Shown piece by piece: positions 26,184 to 32,000 of a stretch of DNA of 32,000 nucleotides. The translations under genes were made by a program, and so were the position numbers. Every line of letters begins with the position of its first letter. The first letter of the stretch is position 1. Below the pieces are notes generated by a model. It saw nothing but the letters and a program-made list of their open reading frames with translations. It did no database searches and was not told where the DNA came from. Origin of the DNA: Okeania sp. (lineage in GTDB: Bacteria; Cyanobacteriota; Cyanobacteriia; Cyanobacteriales; Microcoleaceae); NCBI RefSeq assembly GCF_035285525.1, contig NZ_JAYKGW010000067.1:2610-34609 (forward strand), written 5' to 3'.

Positions 26184-26456
26184 TTAGGGCTTGCTGATTA
26201 AATCTCAAAGTTTTTCCAGATCAAAGTTTCAGCCTTTGCAGATACTAATAAAGTAGGAGCTTTTAGGTAATTCTAGTACAGTTCCCGAAAAATCAAAACC
26301 TATAATTTTCAGCAAGATAGAAGTAAAAAATCAAGAGAAGATTTTTCTGACTAACTCTTCTATAATTTCTATTTCTCCTAAATTCTGGATTCTCGATTTT
26401 GGCTTCTCCGTGCTACTAAAAGACTTTTACGGTTCCCGATAAATCAGCAAGTCCTA
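26184..26456. mobile_element. MITE-like element (~273 bp), same TTAGGGCTTGCTGA family as 1065-1325
   Basis: Left end TTAGGGCTTGCTGATTAAAT. Right end CTAAAAGACTTTTACGGTTCCCGATAAATCAGCAAGTCCTA, which matches the reverse complement of 1068-1110. Confidence 0.5.
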
Positions 26457-26466
26457 TTTAAAATTA

Positions 26467-27195
26467 CTATAGTCGATTAGGAACTACTATATATCCAGTT
26501 GTGTAATTTCCCAATACCAAATTTTTAGTTTCACCCCAATACCACCAGTATGCACCAATATAAGCACAAATTAAACTATCTAATTTATCTTCTGTATTTT
26601 TGAGGGAAGCTATACTATTAATTTTTTCCATATCTAAAAAATTATCGGAAATTACCAAAGCAGGTTCTAGAGTTGGCAGAATATTTATAATGTATTGGTA
26701 GAGTTTCAAAAGCTCTAATTTACGGTCAGCTAATCTGCCTTTTTTATATTTCAAAATTTTGTCTAATTGAAACAAATTAACTATAGCTGGATGGGGAAAA
26801 ACTTCAATTTGAAAACGTCCTAATTTTTGAGGTTCAATAGTTGGTGCATGAATAAAATTTTTAGCTTCTAAACTAATACCAAAATTAACAGTTCTCTCAG
26901 CAAAAGGGCGGTTTAAATTTGCTGGATAACATCCTGCATGATAACGACCAAAATATTTATGAGTAAGTTTATCTGGCAGTCTAGTTCCTATTTGATTTGG
27001 AATTATTGTAGGAGCATCTACAGCCATTAAAGCAGGAGTTGATAGAGGAGTTAAATTATCAATCCAATTGAGAATATCTTCAATTTCTAGTATGCAATCT
27101 AACTCTAATATTTTTAACTTATTATCTAAGTATTGTAGACAGCATAAACCACTTTTTCCAGATTTCCAACCCAGGTCTATTCCGATAAATTTCAT
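26467..27195 (-). CDS. DUF429-domain protein (predicted RNase H-fold protein)
   Basis: MKFIGIDLGWKSGKSG...AVDAPTIIPN pattern typical of DUF429. I place the start at the ATG at 27195. The upstream in-frame ATG at 27216 lies inside the terminal repeat of the adjacent MITE (AAGCATTCAG), so it is probably not native. Confidence 0.7.
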   Translation of the reverse strand: MKFIGIDLGWKSGKSGLCCLQYLDNKLKILELDCILEIEDILNWIDNLTPLSTPALMAVDAPTIIPNQIGTRLPDKLTHKYFGRYHAGCYPANLNRPFAERTVNFGISLEAKNFIHAPTIEPQKLGRFQIEVFPHPAIVNLFQLDKILKYKKGRLADRKLELLKLYQYIINILPTLEPALVISDNFLDMEKINSIASLKNTEDKLDSLICAYIGAYWWYWGETKNLVLGNYTTGYIVVPNRL

Positions 27196-27209
27196 ACTTT
27201 TTATAAAGA

Positions 27210-27393
27210 TAAGCATTCAGTCGTCAGCCGTCAGCCGTCAGCTATTAGCTATTAGCTATTACTTTTAGTTTTTGATACAACGCTTCATTATTCAGAAATT
27301 TTATCTTACTACAAAAGCCAGTCTTCAAGTGTATATTTGTTTAAGTCTCCTCATTAAAGTTGAGTTTTTTATTGCTAATAGTTGAATGCTTAC
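27210..27393. mobile_element. MITE-like element with (G)TAAGCATTCAG ... TTGAATGCTTAC ends and internal heptamer arrays
   Basis: Left: TAAGCATTCAGTCGTCAGCCGTCAGCCGTCAGCTATTAGCTATTAGCTATT, i.e. (CGTCAGC)x3 then (TATTAGC)x3. Right: GCTAATAGTTGAATGCTTAC, ending at 27393. Confidence 0.45.
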
Positions 27394-27549
27394 GAAAAAA
27401 GAAGGAATAAGACAAAAATATTTAGTTAGTTATTTAGGATAGTTTTTGATATGGTTTAAATAGGATTTCTGTTTTAAGATTGCTATTGTTAGCAAAATTC
27501 TTCCAAGACAAATACTGGGTGCATCTCATATTTGCAAAAAATACTTTTT

Positions 27550-27605
27550 CCCCATTCCCCATTCCCCATCCCCTGTTCCCTATTCCCTATTCCCTATTCC
27601 CTAAA
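27550..27605. repeat. Heptamer tandem array (CCCYATT-type, about 8 units), STRR-like, overlapping the 3' end of CDS 27587-28270
   Basis: ccccatt ccccatt ccccatc ccctgtt ccctatt ccctatt ccctatt ccctaaa read directly from the sequence. Confidence 0.85.
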
Positions 27606-28270
27606 TAGGAAGGCAATAAGATATTTTTTTGAGGTACAGAAAGATTTTTTACAGAGGATTTTTTCTCAGTTTTCTTTTTGACCTTTTTAACAAAAGATTT
27701 TAGAGATCGGGGCGACCAAAAATTGTCATTTAATTCCACAATAAATTTCTCAATATTAGAGTTGTCTATAAAAAATGAGTCATTTTGATACCTCGAAGGC
27801 GAGCAAAACTTAGAATTTTTTTCAGAACAATTTAATCCCTTACAAATAAAATAAGCTACAACTGTACAACAATTATTTTTAATAAAATGATATTTAGTTA
27901 TTTTGTCTGATAAATCATTGTTTAAATACTTTTGATAAAACTTTCTGATTCGAGATTCATTTAAACCATAAAGAACAACTTTTTTATGAGGTTTACTATC
28001 TCGGCGATCGCAATCTTTTTGAAAAGAAATTGGTTTAGCTCTAGGAAGAAAAGTATCGGTTATGATAGACTGCAAAGAAGCAGATTTATTAGAGTTTTGC
28101 CAGAAAGCTTTAGAGTTTTGAACTTTAGGGTGATGACTTATATAAATTTCATCTTTCGGGTTTTTGTCATTAATAACAAACATAGAAACATGACCTACAT
28201 CTAACCCATATATAGCATTATAGGTATTATCTCTAAGTGTACCTTTCCAGAAATTAATTATTACTGTCAT
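27587..28270 (-). CDS. Hypothetical protein, paralog A (227 aa): candidate His...Cys papain-fold (PPPDE/LRAT-like) thiol hydrolase
   Basis: N-terminal beta-strand plus conserved His (VIINFWKG...GHVSMFV...IYISHHP), and a distal YHFIKNNCCTVVAYFI that resembles the Y-x-L-x-x-NC-x-HF catalytic Cys motif of PPPDE/LRAT families. K-rich tail. The last 10 codons run into the heptamer array. The fold assignment is inference only. Confidence 0.55.
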   Translation of the reverse strand: MTVIINFWKGTLRDNTYNAIYGLDVGHVSMFVINDKNPKDEIYISHHPKVQNSKAFWQNSNKSASLQSIITDTFLPRAKPISFQKDCDRRDSKPHKKVVLYGLNESRIRKFYQKYLNNDLSDKITKYHFIKNNCCTVVAYFICKGLNCSEKNSKFCSPSRYQNDSFFIDNSNIEKFIVELNDNFWSPRSLKSFVKKVKKKTEKKSSVKNLSVPQKNILLPSYLGNRE

Positions 28271-29170
28271 ATCAGTTATTAGTCAGGAGTCATAATTTTA
28301 AAAATTGATAATTATTATCAAAATTTTCACAAGCAATTTAATTGCTATATTACTTGTGGGTGTAATTCATTGAGTATTAATATAAGTCAAATTTAACAGC
28401 TTTGCAATTAGATATTTCTTTCAGATACAGGAAGATTTTTTAGAGATGAATTTTTCTCAGTTTTCTTTTTGACTTTTTTCACAAAAGATTTTAGAGACTG
28501 AGGCGACCAAAATTTGTCATTTAATGCTAAAAGCAATTTTTCAATACTAGATTCATCTTCGGAAGATGAATCTTTTTGATACCTGGAAGGTGAACAAAAC
28601 GTATAATTTTTTCAGAACAATTTAATCCTTGGCAAATCAAATAAACTATAACTGTACAACAATTATTTTTAATAAAATGATATTTAGTTATTTTGTCTGA
28701 TAAATCATTGTTTAAATACTTTTGATAAAACTTACGGATGCGAGATTCATTTAAACCATAAAGAACAACTTTTTTATGAGCTTTACTATCTCGGCGATCG
28801 CAATGTTTTTGAAAAGAAATTGGTTGAGGTCTAGGAAGAAAAGTATCGTTTATAATAGATTGCCAAGAATTAATATAATTTTTAACTTGAGGATAATGAC
28901 TGATATAAATTTTATCTTTAGGATTTTGGTCATTAATAACAAACATAGAAACATGACCTAAATATAATCTAGATAAAGCATCAAATACAGTATCTCCAAG
29001 TTTGCCTTCCCAGAAATTAATTATTACTGTCATATCAGTTATTAGTCAGGAGTCATAATTTTAAAAGTTGATAATTATTATCAAAATTTTCACAAGCAGT
29101 TTAATTGTTATATTACTTGTGGGTGTAATTCATTGAGTATTAATATAAGTCAAATTTAACAGCTTTGCAA
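27613..29170. repeat. Tandem duplication, two units of ~763-790 bp, each carrying one His...Cys gene and its upstream region
   Basis: The start codons are 763 bp apart (28268-28270 and 29031-29033). The upstream 137 bp (28271-28407 and 29034-29170) are nearly identical. The junction at 28407/28408 shares GCAAT(A/T)AGATATTT with the left boundary near 27613. Confidence 0.9.
28527..29033 (-). CDS. Paralog B of the His...Cys protein, truncated to 168 aa by a -1 frameshift in a homopolymer (possible pseudogene or phase-variable gene)
   Basis: Same N-terminus (MTVIINFWEG...GHVSMFV) and an identical core (KKVVLYGLNESRIRKFYQKYLNNDLSDKITKYHFIKNNCCTV). The T-run at 28607-28612 has 6 T versus 7 T in paralog A (27816-27822). 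Reading in the shifted frame restores the homologous tail YTFCSPSRYQKD...FWSPQSLKSFVKKVKKKTEKNSSLKNLPVSERNI*, ending at 28408. Confidence 0.5.
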   Translation of the reverse strand: MTVIINFWEGKLGDTVFDALSRLYLGHVSMFVINDQNPKDKIYISHYPQVKNYINSWQSIINDTFLPRPQPISFQKHCDRRDSKAHKKVVLYGLNESRIRKFYQKYLNNDLSDKITKYHFIKNNCCTVIVYLICQGLNCSEKIIRFVHLPGIKKIHLPKMNLVLKNCF

Positions 29171-29838
29171 GTGGTAAGTTGCTTATAGCTGAAGATGCAA
29201 ATATTTATCTCTATATTTTTGCGCATTCAAGACTAGAATTAATTTCCGAAATTAACGAAAAAATTATTATGATGTGGCATGAATATGCTCAAGCTGAATT
29301 AGAGAAATTATCGCCAGATGCTCAAATATTAAAGACTATTTTATTAGAAACTTTAAAAGAAATTCATTGATGTCTAGTAAAAATAAAAGCAGGGTTTATC
29401 AGTTATTAGTTATCAGTACCTCAGTTAATTTTTTTTCATTCCCTTAAAATAGAAAACTTGAAACCTAATTTTTAGTTAGTAAATTATACTTCTATTAGCT
29501 GTAATTAATTTAAAATTAGGTATTAATTAAATATATCAATATGAAATGGTTCGTGAAAAAAAGAGAATATTACAACCTATTTAGGGTTGCCATACCATTC
29601 AAATTTTACTGCTTTTCAAGATGATTTTTTTGAATACTGATAATGGAGTCAATAAATTTTTCAAAGTCATTGCTATAAGAAATGTATTGAGAAATAATTA
29701 TTCAACCTTCATAACATAAAAGTATACTTATACCATTTCAATAAAATGGTTAATTACAGTTTCTCTTAGTATATTTTCCTGGTTTATAAATTGATAAAAA
29801 TTTGTACTTAATTAACTAAAAAACTTCTGCAACTATTT

Positions 29839-30837
29839 TCAACGATTGAGGCATTTTCTTTGGTTTTGAGCTGGAGATAAACCTTCTATTCTTGTAGTTT
29901 CCATAGGTTGATTTAGTTGAATATTATAAAGTCTAAGCATAGCAAAACCAACACTCCCAACTGCCAAAAATCCAACAGTGCTAATTAATGCTATTTGCGT
30001 CAATTTTTGTTTTCGAGAAGGGGCTAATACTTCTAAGGGAATTAAAGCATCAAGAGCTAATTCTGCTGATGAATACCTATCTTTATAATTAGGTTGTACC
30101 ATTTTTTCTAGCCAGATAATAAAGTCTTGACTTAGGTGTTTTACTTGCTGCTGAAAATTAATTTTTCCTGTCTCATCCATGAGACTGCCTACTTCTGTTG
30201 CCGGGGTGTTTGTTAATAGACAAATTAATGTTGCACCGAGACTATATAAGTCTGATGCTATTGTTAATTCCCGATTAAACATTTGTTCTGGAGGCATAAA
30301 TCCTAACGTACCTTTGACTATGCTACTAACAGCAACTTCTCCTCCTCCTATTCTGGCAAAACCAAAATCTACTAGGCTAATATTCATCTGTTCATCTATT
30401 AGAATGTTTTCTGGTTTTAAGTCTCTATGAATTACTGCTGGAATTCTGTTTTGGAGGTATTTAATAATTTCTAGAACTGAAATTGCTATTTGTTTAATTT
30501 GTTGGGGTTCCCATTTTTTAGAGGTTGTAAAATTTGCTAAAGAAGTAGCGTTTTTATATTCTTGTACCATGCAAAAACCTGATGGTGTTTGGAAGGAATC
30601 TAAGTAGTGAGGAATATTAGAATTATCTAGAGTTTTTAATACTTGAACTTCTCTTTCATAAGCTTGATATTCTGACCAATGCGCTCCAGTTGTAGCAAAT
30701 TGAAATTGTTTAACTACTACTGTTTTTTGAGTGTTAATTTCTGTGGCAAGATAGGTAACTCTTCCACCAGCTCGGTTGTGTCCGAGTTCTTTGATTATTT
30801 GATAGCCGTAATTGGAAAAGTTGGGGTAGTTATTCAT
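29839..30837 (-). CDS. Ser/Thr protein kinase (Hanks type) with a single C-terminal TM helix
   Basis: Motifs: LGHNRAGGRVTY (G-loop-like), VVVKQF (Lys), HRDLKPENILI, DFGFAR, GTLGFMPPEQ, and C-lobe KDRYSSAELAL. TM helix IALISTVGFLAVGSVGFAML. Confidence 0.9.
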   Translation of the reverse strand: MNNYPNFSNYGYQIIKELGHNRAGGRVTYLATEINTQKTVVVKQFQFATTGAHWSEYQAYEREVQVLKTLDNSNIPHYLDSFQTPSGFCMVQEYKNATSLANFTTSKKWEPQQIKQIAISVLEIIKYLQNRIPAVIHRDLKPENILIDEQMNISLVDFGFARIGGGEVAVSSIVKGTLGFMPPEQMFNRELTIASDLYSLGATLICLLTNTPATEVGSLMDETGKINFQQQVKHLSQDFIIWLEKMVQPNYKDRYSSAELALDALIPLEVLAPSRKQKLTQIALISTVGFLAVGSVGFAMLRLYNIQLNQPMETTRIEGLSPAQNQRKCLNR

Positions 30838-30918
30838 GGGTTTTTAGTAAGTTTTTAGAGGGCTGATAATAGGAAGCAATTAAATTTTTAGATCGGATTC
30901 TATAAGGCTAGATTTTGA

Positions 30919-32000
30919 TTATGGTTTAATTAAGTTTGGCTCTACTTTTCTGTATTTAGCAAATATTTTAGCAGGTTTGAATAATATATAAATTAGGGGT
31001 ATTAGGGTAATAGAAAGACAGGCGATCGCTACTCCTGATGAGACTAATATTTCTCCTAAAGTAAAGCAGTATGGTTGAGGAATAACTTCAAAACAAATTT
31101 TAAAAATTATAATTAAACTAAAGTCTAGTCCTATTGTTAAAAGAGATATAAGTCTTTTTTCTATTTTGGAGAACAATTGATCTATCTCGTTTTTAGGTAT
31201 TATTAATTTAATTGTTTCTGTCAATATAGACAAATATAGCCCAGCTAAAAAATAGGAAATTGGTATTACTATAGCTATCAATAATAGATCCAAGAAATTT
31301 TTTTCCACCAATGTCCTTGCCAATGGAGTTTCTGGAAAAACGAGAAAAATGAAAATTCCAATAATTATCATAGGAAAAAAACTAACCATTCTTATGTAGT
31401 CAATAATTATGTCTACCCAATTAACGAAAGAATATACTCCTATAAATATTGCTACCCACAAAATAGATACAGGATGGAGTTTCAAGAATGGATTAAAAAT
31501 GTAAAATATAGACATTGCCACAACAAAGCGACAAAAAAAGAACATAAAAATAGATTTAGCTTCTAATTTAGGCAAACTACCAATTTTTACCTGAACATTT
31601 ATCTTGTGAGTTTCTAATTCTGAATTACTGTGTAAAATTATCTCCCTTTTATAAATTCTATTTTTTACTAACTTACTGGTATCTACTGTAATTTTACACT
31701 CTACATTATTGCCTTCAAATTTCTGAGGTAAAAATGAAATCCAACTATGGTCATAAGGAGTATGAGGAGGGTAACTAATATGGGGATTAACTTCCCATTT
31801 ACCAAATAAAATTGTTTCTGGAATTGGATTAGTAACTATTATTACTTTTGTTAATTTTTCTCCCCATTCATTACTAGGAAATTCCAGATTTTTTCGACTA
31901 ATTCTAACTTTTGGTAAACGGTTCACAGCTAAAGGTTGAAGAACAGCTAAAGCTTCCTTAGCATTTTCATATCTATCTGTATATTTTGGTTCCGTTATCT
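30919..32000 (-). CDS. C-terminal part of a second Ser/Thr kinase: kinase C-lobe end, a ~115-aa soluble domain, and a ~6-TM domain (the 5' end lies beyond the window)
   Basis: The reading frame stays open upstream of the GTG at 31926 to the window edge and reads ...ITEPKYTDRYENAKEALAVLQPLAVNRLPK. This is the same xxRYxxAxEAL kinase C-lobe motif as in the neighbouring kinase, so the ORF-track start is internal. About six hydrophobic helices follow from aa ~125 of the listed ORF. Confidence 0.75.
   Translation of the reverse strand, partial: ITEPKYTDRYENAKEALAVLQPLAVNRLPKVRISRKNLEFPSNEWGEKLTKVIIVTNPIPETILFGKWEVNPHISYPPHTPYDHSWISFLPQKFEGNNVECKITVDTSKLVKNRIYKREIILHSNSELETHKINVQVKIGSLPKLEAKSIFMFFFCRFVVAMSIFYIFNPFLKLHPVSILWVAIFIGVYSFVNWVDIIIDYIRMVSFFPMIIIGIFIFLVFPETPLARTLVEKNFLDLLLIAIVIPISYFLAGLYLSILTETIKLIIPKNEIDQLFSKIEKRLISLLTIGLDFSLIIIFKICFEVIPQPYCFTLGEILVSSGVAIACLSITLIPLIYILFKPAKIFAKYRKVEPNLIKP

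Noticed and set aside
27068-28961. Plus-strand ORFs 27068-27268, 27986-28204 and 28776-28961
   Set aside because: They are antisense to the DUF429 gene and to the two His...Cys paralogs. The latter two are simply the duplicated antisense frame of the same sequence.
29179-29370. 63-aa plus-strand ORF (TTG start) just beyond the tandem duplication; considered as an immunity or partner gene for the His...Cys proteins
   Set aside because: It has a non-ATG start with no ribosome-binding signal. The frame opens inside the duplicated upstream region, there is no recognisable motif, and only one copy exists for two paralogs. The support is too weak to call a gene, though it is worth checking in Ribo-seq data.

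Overview
This window is an AT-rich chromosomal segment that looks like a filamentous, heterocyst-forming cyanobacterium (Nostocales type). Three things support that: at least a dozen exact HIP1 octamers (GCGATCGC, counted by eye), many heptameric STRR-like tandem arrays, and small inverted-repeat-bounded MITE-like elements in almost every intergenic gap.

Gene content, left to right:
- The 3' part of an RTX (GGXGXD) calcium-binding protein.
- A signal-peptide pentapeptide-repeat protein.
- A 1503-aa fusion of TPR repeats with two GT2 glycosyltransferase domains.
- A 988-aa fusion of TPR repeats with a DUF563/GT61 glycosyltransferase domain.
- A second RTX protein.
- tRNA-Ser(GCU).
- A beta-lactamase-fold-like protein.
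- An IS630-type transposase relic.
- An MFS transporter.
- tRNA-Arg(ACG).
- moaC.
- A 2TM-domain protein whose 3' end is duplicated.
- A DUF3181-like small protein.
- A stand-alone BcsA-like cellulose synthase with a PilZ-like tail.
- An SDR epimerase/dehydratase.
- hemE.
- A coiled-coil protein.
- A DUF429 protein.
- A tandem pair of His...Cys (PPPDE/LRAT-like) small proteins.
- Two adjacent Ser/Thr kinases, the second running off the right edge.

I saw no CRISPR array, rRNA, integrase or intact transposase.

The most interesting points:
1. The two TPR-glycosyltransferase giants are bracketed by RTX proteins. This may be an OGT-like protein-glycosylation module.
2. The PPPDE-like gene sits in a 763-bp tandem duplication. 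One copy carries a homopolymer frameshift, and the pair lies next to the two kinases.
3. Four ~91-bp tandem repeats lie immediately upstream of the TPR-GT2 gene.
4. A GC-rich 18-bp repeat is inserted in frame in the GT61 gene.
5. An 89-bp copy of a gene's 3' end has been carried across a MITE.

All functional calls come from motif recognition by eye. No database search was run.
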